Shown here: positions 28,343 to 51,986 of the stretch, one piece after another
Numbering within the stretch: position 1 is the stretch's first letter
Layout of the letters: every line of letters begins with the position of its first letter
Assembly: GCF_009914755.1 (NCBI RefSeq)
Contig: NC_060928.1
DNA length: 64,000 nt
Source: the human T2T-CHM13v2.0 reference genome, Homo sapiens
Reading direction: 5' to 3' (one strand)
Notes under the pieces: generated by a model
What the model was told of the DNA's origin: nothing
What the model saw: the letters and a program-made list of their open reading frames with translations, nothing else
Databases searched by the model: none
Made by a program: the position numbers and the translations under genes

Positions 28343-28937
28343 ATGTATAACTATGTTAATATAGCCACTTCAAATTTATTTTGATTGTATCCACAGACCA
28401 CATCTTTTTCTAACTTTTTACTTTTGTTACTTTTATCTTTATATTCAAAGTAGGCAGCATGCAGTTGGATTTTGCTTTTTTATCTAATGTGACAATTTCT
28501 GCCTTTTAACTGAGCTATTTAGACCATTTACATTTACTGGAATTGTCAATAAAGTTGTATTTAAATCTACCACTGTTTTATGTGGGGTGTTGTTTTTGTC
28601 GTTGTTGTTGCATGAGTTCTTTGTTTCTTTACTTCGTTCCTTAGCATCTTTTCTATTAATCATGTTTTTATTAATTCTACTTTATCTTCTTTGTTGCTCT
28701 GTTAGCTATTCTTTGTTTTTTCAAGCAATTGCTTTAAGGTTGATATTATACATGGCCTACCTTCAAGTAATATACTATTTCACCTATTGTATAAAAACTT
28801 TAAAAGAATATACTTTGTTTTCTTCCTCCTACACCTGACCTTTATGCTGTCATTGTCATATATGTTACTTCCATGTATAAATTCATAATGTATTCTTATT
28901 ATTTTGCCTTAAATAGTCAATATCCTTTAAAAATCTT

Positions 28938-35036
<6,099 letters not shown>

Positions 35037-37094
35037 TAAAAATATTTTTTAAATAAAAGTATTTTATATTTTCCCAAGTGTTTATCATTTCTGGCACTCT
35101 TCATTTCTTTTTATAGATTCATATGTCCATCTTGTATCATTTTCATTCTGCCTTGAAAGGCTTTCTTTCGAGGAAGGAGTTATCTGCTGCCAATGAATTA
35201 TCTTGGCTTTTAAATGTTTATATAAGTCCTTATTTGAATTTCATTTCTAAAGGATATTTTTGCTGGGTATAGAATTTTAGGTGGAGTTTTTTAAAATATG
35301 TCATTCCATATTAAAGATGTTTGGACGCATTATTTCTGAAGAGAAGTCTGTTGTCTTTCTCACTTTTGTTTCTCCAACTATTTTTTTCTCTCACTACTTA
35401 AAAACCTTATTATCTTTTATCACTGATTTTTAGAAATTTGATCATTTTGTATACCACAGCATACTTTTATATATATATATGTTTTTTTGCTTCAGATTTG
35501 TTGAACTACTGGGATGGTTGGTTTCATAGATTTCATCAAATTTATGGTCATTAGTGCTATAATATTTTTTCTTTCTCTCCATCTTTTATGTGGACTGCAA
35601 ATCATACATGCTTGGTTTCCTGATATTGTCTTATCACTCACTATTACTGCTGCTTTTCTGTGTATTCGTTTCGAAAGTGTCTTCAAGTTTATTAATTGTT
35701 TTCTTCTATGCCATATCATCTGCTCTCTATCTTCCCTAGGCATTTTTTCCAGATACTGTATGTTTTACCACTTTAACTTTTATTTTGAATTTTTAATACA
35801 TTTTATTTTTTTCTCCTCATGTTCATCCTTTCTTCTACCATCTTGAATTGTTATAACAGTTGTCTTAATGCCCTGTCTACCAATTTTATTTCAAATGTCA
35901 TTCCTACATTTGTTCCTTTTGATAGATTTTTCTCTTCTTTGTGAGTAACATTTTTCTGCTTCTTTTAATTCCTGGTCATTTTTTAATAGATGCCAAATAT
36001 TGAGTATTTTATGTTGTTTGGTGTTGGACTTTTTTTGTATTATTTTAAATATTTGGGGACTAAGTTTGTGGATGCAGTGAAGTTCCTTGAAATCTGTTTA
36101 ATATGCTTGAGGCTTGCTTATAAGCTTTATTAGGTCAAATCCAAAACAGCTTTTAGTCTAGAGTTAATTTTCTCCCACTTTTGTGGGACTTTACTCAACA
36201 TTCTATTTTTAGGATTTTTTTTTTCTTTTGGACACAAACTATTCCTAACTCTGTGTAAGCTCTGGGGGTTTTTCTGCCCACTCGTTTCTCGTGATATCTT
36301 CTCCTGCTTTGGTAGTTTCCACAAGTGCATGTGCAAATTAGTACTCAGCTAAAACCTCATGAGAACCCCCCTGCAGATCTTCTGACCTCTCTCCTTGAGC
36401 AGCTCCCCCTTCTGCCTCACATATTCTAGCTGCAGAGGCTTCCCCAAACTCCAAATTCTGTCTCTTCATTTTAGCTAGACCACCAGGCTCTGTTCATGCT
36501 CCTCCCCTCTCTGCTGTGTCCTTTCAAGTAGTAAACTAGGACAGTCATTGGGTACCTCTCATTGGTTTCTCTCCTCTTAGTGATTCTTGTCCTATGCTGC
36601 CTATTTTCCAAAGGCTGAAAACAACTGCTTCATATATTTTATACAGCTTTCTATTTGCTTATGGCCAGAGGGTAAATGTAGTACCTATTATTCCATCACG
36701 GTTAGAAGCAGAATATTCATGCACTGGTTTTTAAAAGCTTCTCCCTGAGAGTGACAAGGGTCACTGATATTGTCTTATAGCTCACTATTAATGTGACAAG
36801 TGTCACTTTCACTCATAATTTATAACCAAAGTAAGCCATTTGGCCAACAATTCTAAAGGTAAAAGAAGGTAAATTCTACTATATACTTAATAGAAAAACT
36901 GAGATATTTGCGAATGGAACTAATGACTTCCACTTTGCCTTAGACCATCCAGTATAAGATTTACTATAGAAGAAAACATCAGGGCTAGTCCCGTGAAATT
37001 TAGTCACATGCACCATAAGATTATTATTGCAATATTTCTCTTCGAACTCATACTTCTGTTTAGTATACTGATTACAGCTAAGGCTCCAAAGTAA

Positions 37095-39175
<2,081 letters not shown>

Positions 39176-39360
39176 TCATTATTGCTATTATGATTATTGA
39201 CTATGTGCTGTAAAATGCTAGGCAGATGGCATGATGGTCACAGCTATCCTGATAGCACGTTTTCGGCTGCTTCCTATCACTTGAAAGGACTTTGATTTAG
39301 GTCAAGATGGTTGGAACACAGTAAGGCTCGAAGAGCTCATATTTGCTATTAGAAAAAGTT

Positions 39361-39670
39361 GGCCAGGCAGGCTGGCTTATGCCTGTAATCCCAGCACTTT
39401 GGGAGTCTGAGGCAGGTGGATTGCTTGAGCTCAGGATTTCTAGATCAGCCTGGGCAACATGGTGAAACCATGTCTCTACAAAAACACAAAAATTATCTGG
39501 GTGTGGTGCCACATGCCTGTAGCTCCAGCTACTTGGGAGGTTGAGAAGGGAGGATCGATTGAACTCAGGTAGCAGAGGTTGCAGTGAGCCAATATTGCGC
39601 CACTGAAATCCAGCCTGAGTGATGGAGCAAGACCCTGTCTCTAAATATAAATAAATAAATAAATAAATAA
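39361..39670 (+). mobile_element. AluJ
   Basis: Diverged dimeric Alu with a (TAAA)n tail. Confidence 0.92.
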
Positions 39671-39989
39671 AGTTGTTTACTTGTCTCTGAATATGAAGTC
39701 CAAATTAAATATGTCAGTAGGCCCACATGTGCCTTACCTCAGCAGTTATTTAAAGTTCTCATGTTGTATGTTTCTTTACATGTGGAAAAGGAAAGAGGGG
39801 ATTAGTTTGGTATTCTTTTAGGCATTTAGATACCTACTAATTAGCGATGTAAATTGGTAAGATCCCTCCTGCCCAGATCTGACAATAATTGACAGAAAAG
39901 AATTAATGCCAGGTTTTGAGAAATATACAATTTAACACGGAGTTAATCTGCAACACTGTTCAACTTGAAATTTCCACATACACCCAACT

Positions 39990-40160
39990 CCCCAGGGACA
40001 CCACTACCTGTCTGTGTAACCTTGGATAACTTATATAACCTTGCTTAGCTTCAGTTTCTTCCCATGTAAAATGAAAATAAGAATAAGAATACCTAGTTAC
40101 AAGGCTTTTCCAAGGATTAGGTGACCAATGCAGGAAAAGTCTCTCACACAGAGCACTGTT
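39990..40160 (+). mobile_element. MIR
   Basis: tgtgtaaccttggataacttatataacc...gcttcagtttcttcccatgtaaaatg. Confidence 0.7.
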
Positions 40161-40969
40161 CATGATTTTACCTCCTGTACTTTACCAAATGCATTGCCAT
40201 CACCTACAAGAACAGGTGAAAATTTGGTGGGGCTTCTGTTGCTCTTGAAAAAAACTTAAGAAGCCCTGAAACTGGCAAAGTGCTTTTTAAGTCTCCCATG
40301 CGACTCAGCCAGGCTCACTAGCATACGCTGGCATTTGTCGGCATTAAAACTCCCCTGCCATTCTAGGAATGGGAGTTCCTGGTGACTGTTTCAAGCAACT
40401 ACGGGTTGATGATTTGTTAAACAGAATGAGAGAGGAGGGGATGGGGCACCAGTGGGTGGAATTGACTCCTCTGGCCCAAACATTGCCTCAACAGAATTAA
40501 TTTTGCAGTGCCTAGTGACACAGCTGAGGCCCGTTGGGAAGTTCATGGGGGAGGAATAGCCTTTTCCAGGCACTTTCAATGAATAACACACAGTACACAG
40601 CCTCCTGGATACATGGAATTATTCTCACCATAGTTGACAGTACCAGCTCCTGTGTTGCTAGCTTGCACTTTTTAGCTGGATGTTTTTTAAAAAGAGGGGA
40701 TCAAAATAACTATCTAGTACATGGTGAGTGAACAAACCCCTGACGGCATTTTTTGGTTTCTTGGCAACTCAGAATATCCAGCTATATCAAATGAGCCCAT
40801 CTAAGAGAAATTTTAGTCTCATTCTTAACTCACATTACCATTTGAAAAACCATAAATGGAGCTTTAGAATGTCCCCCCGCCCCCTGAAAAAAAAATGTCA
40901 CAAAGGCATAGGCTGCTATGTTAAATAGATGTGTCCCTTAAAAGTTTTAGGAAAAATTAGTGTTTTGGA

Positions 40970-41264
<295 letters not shown>

Positions 41265-41559
41265 TTAATTAATTAATAATAATTTACAGAATATACTACA
41301 TAGAGAAACAGAAAACACCTTAATAAAATATTTATTAATATTGTGAAATTGTATTAAGATAATTGAGCAACTGAAAAGCCATAATATAGTACTAAATGAG
41401 AATATTGTGTGTTGTAAAGTGTATCCTTCTTGTAGTGAACATTAGTTGGTGGCATCCCTTGAATTTATTTCTCCCCATTCTAACTATACCAACAGTACCT
41501 AGAGTTTCCTTTGAGATATCTCCTCCTCTATTCTTGGCCAAGTATTTTAGGTGTGATTG

Positions 41560-41990
41560 ATCATCCTCTTACATTGAGTTCCTTAGGTACAGATTCTGAG
41601 ACAAGTTGCATACAGAAGGCTTATTGGAGAGTGACCTCAGCAAATACACAATTCAGAATGTAAGGAGGGCAGAATCATGGAGGAACACGCTGAGGCAGTA
41701 GCAATGTCGCTGTAATTGAGTCTTAGCTGATTCTCTGGGGAACTATGAAAATGGCATGAGCCCTCAGAGTTAACTCAATAATGAGGCAAGGAAGCAAGAT
41801 TTTGTGTCCCCACTTCAGCCAGTTGTTGGCTTCAGGCTACCTCCTGGGAGGGGTGTGACTTTGGGTTAGAATCCTCTACAGCCGCAGGGAATTCTCAGAG
41901 AGAGCCCAGCAATAAACCATAAGCAGCTAACATTCCCAACAGCTGAAAGAGGGGTAAATCAGCCCTGAAGGGGACCACAGTATCTATTCC
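41560..41990 (-). mobile_element. LTR16-like ERVL LTR, probably within MLT1-like remnants
   Basis: cagattctgagacaagttgcatacagaaggcttattggagagtg resembles antisense LTR16; diverged. Confidence 0.45.
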
Positions 41991-43417
41991 ACGTCCATCC
42001 CCAGCTACAGGGGTGACCCTAACTGGCATAAGTCAATGTTTCCTATCTCTCTGAACACAGCATCCACTTCAGGATTGGGCTCATGACCAGTTTGAGGGCA
42101 GCCAGAACCATGAGAATCAATGTCTGGACTTCTACAGGAGCAATTAGAAAGGGAGATATTCAAAAAAAAAAGAAAGGGAGATATTCACTTCCATGAATTA
42201 GGACCTGGCGTTATGTATCCTGGCAGCTATCTTGAAGCCACAAAGGCCAAATATGACAAGAAAGCGGCCGTGCATGAAGACGTATTCTTGAGAGATGGGA
42301 GAGAAAAACTATGTGAGCCCCAATCAAGCTGCATTTGAAACTAAATTTTATCCCTGGAAGGAGACAGAATGTTCCCTCTTTAGCTTTAGCCAGTTTAGAT
42401 CAGCTTTTCAGTCCCTTATATTTGCTTCATTTCCCAAATTTATGTATGGAATGGCATATTTCATACTAAGACAGCAAGAGTTTTGCTTTTGAAACTTGAC
42501 AAATTATTAAATTCCACCTGAAAAAGTAAACAAGAACAGTAGATTAAATGTTTTTTTAAAGTGTAAGAGAGAAAAACAAAACCTATCAGAAATTAAAATA
42601 TCTCTAAAAGCTTTATTAACACAACTTGCTGCTGTTCAATAATAAACAAGAGATAAGTAGAACAAATAGCACAGAAGTTAGAATAACAATTTAACACATG
42701 ATAAAGACAATAAAAAATTGAATTGATAATACAATAAAGATGTCATTGGCCAATTGGTAAGCTATTCAGGAAAATTCTACTTAAGACTTGATCTTAAAGT
42801 ATACATTATATTAATTCATTAGAGATTAGAGAAATAACAACAAAACAGAAAAAAATATAGAAATGAAAACTATTCCAGATGGGGTAGGGGGAGGGGAATT
42901 TCCAAGCCTAAAAACAATAGTAGAAATCAAATGTCATTAAATCAATAGTTCCAAGTATGTACACCAAAGCATCCAGCAAAATTAAAAGGCAAGTAAAACA
43001 CTGGAGAACAGAACAGGCAAAATATTCCTTCCTTTTTTGTAGAAAAAATTTATTCAAGTCAAAAAGAAATGCTAAATAAGACCCTAGTAATTAATAGGTA
43101 AGAAAACAATTCATGTAAGAGACAATATAATTAATTAATAAACAACATGGCAAAATATTCAACTTAAATAATGTTGCAAATATTAATGCAAGATATTAAA
43201 ATATTTTTATATTTTCCACTTTTCAGGTTAGTGATGATTTCCTAATATGGTGATGAATTATCTAATTATAAAAGATGAAAATAGAAATGTATACAATCCT
43301 TTTGGATAATAACTTGAAAATATGTATCAAAAGGCTTAAGTGTTCATTATCTGATCCACTGATCGAACTTCTCAGAATCTTCCCAAGTGTAATAATTCTA
43401 AACATAAAGAATATTTA

Positions 43418-43660
43418 CTTTGGGAGGCCACTTGAGGAGAGGAGTTAGAGGCCAGCCTAGGCAACATAGCAAGACACCATCTCTACAAAAAATAAAAAAT
43501 TAGCCAGGCATGGTGGTGCATGCACCTGTAGTCCCATCTGCTTGGGAGGCTAAGGTGAGAGGATCACTTAAGTCCAGGAGGTCAAGGCTGCAGTGACCCA
43601 TGATCGTGCCACTGCACTCCAGCTTGGGCAACAGAGCAAGACTCTGTCTCAAAAAAAAGA
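43418..43660 (+). mobile_element. Truncated AluJ
   Basis: Starts at actttgggaggcc; ggtcaaggctgcagtga is AluJ-type; A tail. Confidence 0.9.
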
Positions 43661-44096
43661 ATATTTAAAAATGAAATAATTTTAAGTACAAGGACTTTTA
43701 CTGCAGAATTTAGGACAGTGAAAATTTTGAAGCCTAAATTTCTAACTCCGGGAGAAAAGTAAAAGCTATAGTATGGCAACCTGCTGATAGTCTAACATTT
43801 AAAATAATGGCTGGCAAAACAATCCTAAGCAAAAAAAAAACAGAGCCAGAAGCATCACATTACCTAACTTCAAACTATACAACAAAGCTACAGTAACCAA
43901 CACAGCATGGTACTGGTGCAAAAACAGACACGTAGACCAATGGAAAAGAATAGGGAACCCAGAAATAAAGCCACATACCTACAGCTATATGATCTTGAAC
44001 ACAGGTGACAAAAATAAGCCAGGGGAAAGAACTCCTTGTTCAATAAATGGTGCTGGGATAGCTGGCTAGCCATATGCAGAGAATGAAATTAGACCC

Positions 44097-46338
44097 TGTA
44101 TTAGTACATTTTCAAACTGCTGATAAAGACATACCCAAGACTGGGAAGAAAAAGAGGTTTAATGGACTTACAGTTTCACATGGTGGGGAGGCCTCACAAT
44201 CATGGCAGAAGTTGAAAGGCACATCTCACATGGTGGCAGACAAAAGAAGAAAGCTTGTGCAGGGAAACTCCTCTTTATAATACCATCAGATCTAGTGAGA
44301 CTGTTCACTAAAATGAGAACAGCATGGGAAAGACCTGCCTCCATGATTCAATTACCTCTCACCAGATCCCTCCCACAGCATGTAAAAATTCAACATGAGA
44401 TTTGAGTGGGGACACAGCTAAACCACATCATTCCACCCTTGGCCTCTCCCAAATCTCATGTCCTCATATTTCAAAACCAATCATGCCTTCCCAACAGTCC
44501 CCCAAAGTCTTAACTCATTTCAGCATTAACTCAAACGTCCACAGTTCAAAGTCTCATCTGTGACAAGGCAAGTCCTTTCTGCCTATGAGCCTGTAAAATC
44601 AAAAGCCAGTTAGTTACTTCCTGGATACAATAGGGGTACAGGCATTGGGTGAATACAGCCATTCCAAATGAGAGAAATTGGCCAAAACAAAAGGGCTACA
44701 GGCCCCATGGAAGTCCAAAATCTAGTGGGGCAGTCAAATATTAAAGTTCCAAAATAATCTCCTTTGACTCCATGTCTTGCATCCGGGTCATGCTAATGCA
44801 AGATGTGGGTTCCCATAGACTAGGGAAGCTCTGTCTCTGTGGCTTTGCAAGGTACAGCCTCCCTCCTGACTGCTTTTACAGGCTGGTATTCATTGTCTGT
44901 GGCTTTTCCAGGCACACAGTGCAAGCTGTTGGTGGATCTACTATTCTGGGTTTTGGAGGACAGTGGCCTTCTTCTCACATCTCCACTAGGCAGCGCCCCA
45001 GTGGGGACTCTGTGTGGGGGCTCCCACCTCACATTTCCTTTCCACATTGCCTTAGCAGAGGTTCTTCATGAGTGCCCCACCCCTGCAGCAAACTTCTGCC
45101 TGAACATCCAGGCATTTCAATACATCCTCTGAAACCTAGGCAGAGGTTCCCCAACCTCAATTGTTGACTTCTGTGCACTAACAGGCTCAACCACATGGAA
45201 GCTGCCAAGGCTTGTGGCTTGCACCCTCTGAAGCCACAGCCTGAGCTGCACCTTTGCCCCTTTTAGTCACGGCTAGAGCAGCTGGGATGCAGGGCACCAA
45301 GTCCCTAGACTGCACACAGCAGAGGGGCCCTGGGCCTAGCCCACAAAACCATTTTTTCCTCCTAGGTCTCCAGGCCTGTGATGGGAGGGGCTGCCATGAA
45401 GACCTCTGACATGCCCTGGAGACATCTTTTCCATCGTCTTGGGGATTAACATTCATCTCCTCATTACTTATGCAAATTTCTGCAGCCAGCTTGAATTTCT
45501 CCTCAGAAAATGGGATTTTCTTTTCTATCGCATTGTCAGGCTGCAAATTTTCCAAACTTTTATACTCTGCTTTCCTTATAAAACTAAATGCCTTTAACAG
45601 CACCCAAGTCACCTCTTCCATGCTTTGCTGCTTAGAAATTTCTTCTGCCAGATACCCTAAATCATCTCTTTCAAGTTCAAAGTTCCACAAATCTCTAGGG
45701 CAGGGACAAAATACTGCGAATCTCTTTGATAAAATATAACAAGAGTCACCCTCACTCCAGTTCCCAACAAGTTTCTCATCTCCATCTGAGACCACCTCGG
45801 CCTGGATTTCATTGTCCATATCACTATCAGCCTTTTGGTCAAAGCCATTCAACAAGTCTCTAGGAGTTCCAAACTTTCCCACATGTTCCTGTCTTCTTCT
45901 GAGCCCTCCAAACTCTTCCAGTCTCTGTCTGTTACCCAGTTCCAAAGTTGCTTCCACATTTTCAGGTGTCTTTTCAGCAGTGCCTCACTCTACTGGCACC
46001 AATTTACTGTATTAGTCCATTTTCACACTGCTGATAAAGACATACCCAAAACTGGGAAGAAAAAGAGGTTTAATGGACTCCCCACATGGCTGGGGAGGCC
46101 TCAAAATCATGGTGGAAGGTGAAAGGCACATCTCACATGGCAGCACACAAAAGAAGAAAGCTTGTGTAGGGAAACTCCCCCTTATAAAACCAGCAGATCT
46201 CATGAGACTTATTCACTATTATGAGAACAGCATGGAAAAGACCTGCCCCCATGATTCAATTACCTCCTACCAGGTCCCTCCCACAATATGTGGGAATTCA
46301 AGATAAGATTTGGGTGGGGACACAGCCAAACCATATCA
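44097..46338 (-). mobile_element. Complete THE1 (A/B-like) MaLR provirus: LTR 44097-44430, internal 44431-46007, LTR 46008-46338
   Basis: Two homologous LTRs with TG...CA ends; perfect 5-bp TSD gaccc at 44092-44096 and 46339-46343; 256-aa MaLR internal ORF at 45187-45957. Confidence 0.96.
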
Positions 46339-47034
46339 GACCCCTACCTATCACCATCTACAAAAATTAACTCAGGATGGATTAACAACTTAAGTGTGAC
46401 CCCTCAAACTATAAAAATTTTATAAGAAAACTCAGGAACTATCCTTCTTGACATCAGCCCTGGCAAAGCATTTATGGCTAAGACCTCAAAAGCAATTTCA
46501 ATAAAACAAAAACTGAGAAATGGGACCTAATTAAGCTGAAGAGCTTCTTCACAGTAAGAGAGACTATCAAGGGAGTAAACAGACCACCTACAGAATGGAA
46601 GAAGATATTTGCAAACTATGCATCCAACAAAGGTCTAGTATCCAGAATCTATAAGGAACTTAAACAAATCAATAAGCAAAAAACAAACGACTCCATTAAA
46701 AAGTGGGGAAAGGACATGAACAGACACTTCTCAAAAGAAAACATACAAGTGGCCAACAAGCATATGAAAAGACGTTAATCGTCATGAATCATCAGAGAAA
46801 TGCAAATCAAAACCACAATGAGATACCATCTCACACCAGTCAGAATGGCTTTTGTTAGAAAGTCGAAAAATAACTGATGTTGGCAAGACTGCAGAGAAAA
46901 GGGAACACGTACATTGTTGGTGGGAACGTAAATTAGTTCAGCCACTGTGGAGAGCAGTCTGGAGATTTCTCAAAGAACTGCACGTTGAAGTACCATTCAA
47001 CCCAGCAATCCCACTGCTGGGTATATAACCAAGA

Positions 47035-47394
47035 TGATATAGTTTGGCTGTGTCCCCATCCAAATCTCATCTCAAATTATAGCTCGCATAAGTCCTTCAT
47101 GTTGTGGGAAGGACCAGTGGAAGATAATTGAATCATGGGGGCAGTTTCCCCCATACTGTTCTCATGGTAGTGAATAAGTCTCAGGAGATCTGATGGTTTT
47201 ATAAGGGGAAACCCCGTCCACTTGGCTCTCACCCTTCTCTTGTCTGCTGCCACGTAAGATGTGCCTGTTGTCTTCTGACATGATTGTGAGGCCTTCCTAG
47301 CCACACAGAACTGTGAGTCCATTAAACCTCTTTCTTTTGTAAATTGCCCAGTCTTGGGTATGTCTTTATAGCAGCATGAAAATGGACTAATACA
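47035..47394 (+). mobile_element. THE1B-like solo LTR
   Basis: tgatatagtttggctgtgtcccc...aatggactaataca; TSD caaga/caagg. Confidence 0.93.
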
Positions 47395-47926
47395 CAAGGA
47401 AAATAAATCATTCTACTAAAAAGATACAAGTACCTTTATATTCATCGCAGTGCTATTCAGCATAGCAAAGACATGGAATCAACCCAGTGCCAGTCAGTGA
47501 TGGACTGGAAAAAGAAAATGTAGGACATATACACCATGGAATACTACCCAGCCATAAAAAAGAATGAAATCCTGTCCTTCACAGCAACATGGATGCAGCT
47601 GGAAGTTAAAATTATCCTAAATGAATGAATGCAGGAACAGAAAACTGAATACCCCATGTTCTCACTTGTAAGTGGGAGGTAAATATTGGGTACTCATGGA
47701 CATAAAAGTGGGAACAGTGGGCACTGGGGAATACAAGAGGTTGGGGAGAGAGAGGGTTTTAAGGGTTGGAAAAACTACCTACTATGTACTGTGCTCACTA
47801 CCTGGGTGACAGATTCATTTGTACTTCAAACCTCAGCATTATATAACGTAACTTTGTAACAAACTTGCACATGTAAGACCTGATTCTAAAATAAAAGTTG
47901 ACATATATACATATACATATACATAT

Positions 47927-48049
47927 GGCTGGCCATGGTGGTGCATGCCTGTAATTCCAGCTATTTGGGAGGCTGAGGCGGGAGGATCACTTGACCCCAG
48001 GAGTGCAAGACCAGCCTGGCCAACATAGGAAGACTGTCTAAAAAAAAAA
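47927..48049 (+). mobile_element. FLAM (free left Alu monomer)
   Basis: Single Alu monomer of about 120 bp with an A tail. Confidence 0.8.
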
Positions 48050-48103
48050 GCAATACCATGAAAAATATTTATAAATAATGTTAACTATTAAAAGCCAAAT
48101 ACA

Positions 48104-48470
<367 letters not shown>

Positions 48471-48939
48471 CTAGTCTTTATGTAGGTGAAAACTAGAAAA
48501 AAAATGAATATACAAAATTGCTAAGATAATCTTTTGGAGTGGTGATACTGTGGATAATTATCATTTTCTCTATGTTCCATTTTTATTTAATGAGTGTAAA
48601 CATGTGATAAACAAAAACATTTTCTTTAAAATTCTGCCACAAATTTTCAGGGACATTTTGAAATATAGACAAAATTTAAAATTTACTAAAATGTAAGGTG
48701 ATTGAAAAAAATTACAAAACAGTAGGTACAGTAGCATTTCATTTTGGTAAGAAAAATATGTATAACTTTTTCCTTCTCTAGCTTCAACTCCTTCCTCTCT
48801 ACCATTGTCTTCCATTTTTCTGTCAATTTACTCGAGCTACTACTATCTTAGAAACAAATGAAAAAGAGAAAAAGTTAGCTTTTCACTCAATTTCCATCAC
48901 TATGCTCTTCTTTGCTTCATTTAATACTCTTTGTAAGAA

Positions 48940-49450
48940 TTCTTTATCCTCCTTGTCTTCACTCTCCCCTTCCACTCAATCCTCCACTCACTGCAATATG
49001 CCCTCACCTCCAGCACCCCAGAAACTCCCTTTGCTTGGCTCTTCAGTGAGCCCCAGGTTGAAAAACAAAATTAACATTTTCAATGCTTATTTGACTTGAC
49101 TTTTGTAGCATTTGATGTTGTTGACCATGCTCGGCTTACCTTCTCTTTCTGACAACTCTCTTCTGGTTTTTCTTTTACTCTTCTGGCTTCTTCCTTTGAA
49201 GCTTCTCTTACTCTCCTTTTTTCTTAACTATTGGCATTTTATAGGTTGTTACACTTTCCATACCTGTACCTTAAATGCCACCTCTTCAGTGATAAATCCA
49301 AACTTTATATAATTATCTTGGACCCTCAGCTCACATCCTTCCTAACATTCAGAATAAACTCAAGCATCTGCTCATTTGACAATATTCTCTAACCAAACAT
49401 ATCCTGCTCTCAGTCAAGAAGGTGCTAAGTGCTTTTCCTCTCTATCCCTG
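48940..49450 (+). mobile_element. L2 fragment
   Basis: gtagcatttgatgttgttgaccat...ttctctttctgacaactctcttctggtttttc resembles L2; diverged. Confidence 0.55.
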
Positions 49451-50367
49451 CATGTTGTTTTTCTAAAATAATACTTCACATTTCTGCAATCATTGGTTTG
49501 CTTGATCAATCTCTTCCATACGAGGATAAGAATCATGTTTGACTATTCTTATAGCTCCCTTGTCTTGCAAAATACCTGACACAAAATAGTATCCGCGCCC
49601 CGCCCCCCCAAAAAAGCAAGTAATCTGATGAGACAGAAAATGAAAAAAAAAAAAGCAAGTAATCTGATGAGACAGAAAATGAGTCACTTTCTGGAGCTTG
49701 AAATAAGACTGGGGCTAGAATGGCTGCCCAAATCTATAATTAAATTTGGTATCAAATTTCTATCTGTGGACTCCAAATTCAATATGATCCTCTCCTTGCC
49801 TCAACACCTCAACAGCATGCCTCATTGCAGCAGCATACAAGCCACGAGGTTACCTGAGCCATCCATCTATGGACAAATTGTAAAGCAGAAGAAATGTAAT
49901 GTCTGTCTTCAGCGTCTTTCCCCAATTAGCACCCTCCCCCTGCCTTCCCTGCAGCCATCTCGGACACTCTAGTGCCCTAAGCTCACTGGCTTTAGTCCAG
50001 TGTCATTGCCAGGCTTCTCTCTGCCATATCCTCATTGTTCCAACCAAATATTGTTGCAACTCACCTATCTTACATCTTATGACCTCATGATCATCTGCTT
50101 AATCTAGTCAAAATCCAGGTCAGCTGTCGGGGGTCTCCCTAACCCACAGGCCCGGCCAATTGTTTCAACTGCTTCTCAATTCAAATTCCATCCTTCATGA
50201 TTTCTAAAACTCCTAGGGGTCTAATAGCTCTACAGCATTCTAATAGCATTGCTATTGATATAGTGTTTGCTACTGATTTATCAATTTTGAGAAAAGTCAG
50301 TGGTTACTAAGTCTTAAGAAACAAATTACAGGAAACATTTCTTTCTACAAAAGAAAATCATTTTTAA

Positions 50368-50971
<604 letters not shown>

Positions 50972-51700
50972 TAATATTAGCATAGAATAACATAGGCCAG
51001 TGCCCCAACCAGCTCTTCTTCTTTTTTTTTTTTAATTATTATTATACTTTGAGTTCTGGGATACATGCGCAGAACTTGCAGGTTTGTTACATAGGTACAC
51101 ACGTGCCATGGTGGTTTGCTGCACCTATCAACCTGTCATCTAAATTAGGTATTTCTCCTAATGCTATCCCTCCCCTTGCTCCCCACCCCACAACAGGCCC
51201 CAATGTGTTATGTTCACCTCCCTGTGCCCATATGTTCTCATTGTTCAACTCCCACTTATGAGTGAGAACATGCAGTGTTTGGTTTTCCGTTCCTGTGTTA
51301 GTTTGCTGAGAATGATGGTTTCCAGCTTCATCCATGTCCCTGCAAAGGACATGAACTCATTCTTTTTTATGGCTGCACAGTATTACGTGGTGTATATGTG
51401 CCACATTTTCTTTATTCAGTCTATCATTGATGGGCATTTGGGTTGGTTCCAAGTCTTTGCTATTGTGAACAGTGCTGCAATAAACATACATGTGCATGTG
51501 TCTTTGTAGTAGAATGATTTATAATACTTTGGGTATATATCCAGTAATGGGTTGCTGGGTCAAATGATATTTCTGGTTCTAGATCCTTGAGGAATCGCCA
51601 CACTGTCTTCCACAATGGTTGAAGTAATTTACACTCCCACCAACCATGTAAAAGCGTGCCTATTTCTCCACATCCTCTCCAGCATCTGTTCTTTCCTGAC

Positions 51701-51986
<286 letters not shown>

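Larger units (their letters stand above)
43816..47900 (+). mobile_element. 5'-truncated L1PB1-like element hosting two THE1 insertions
   Basis: ORF2 C-terminal sequence is collinear across both THE1s; 3'UTR ends tctaaaataaaagttg; residual TSD atggctggc at 43807-43815 and 47925-47933. Confidence 0.88.
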
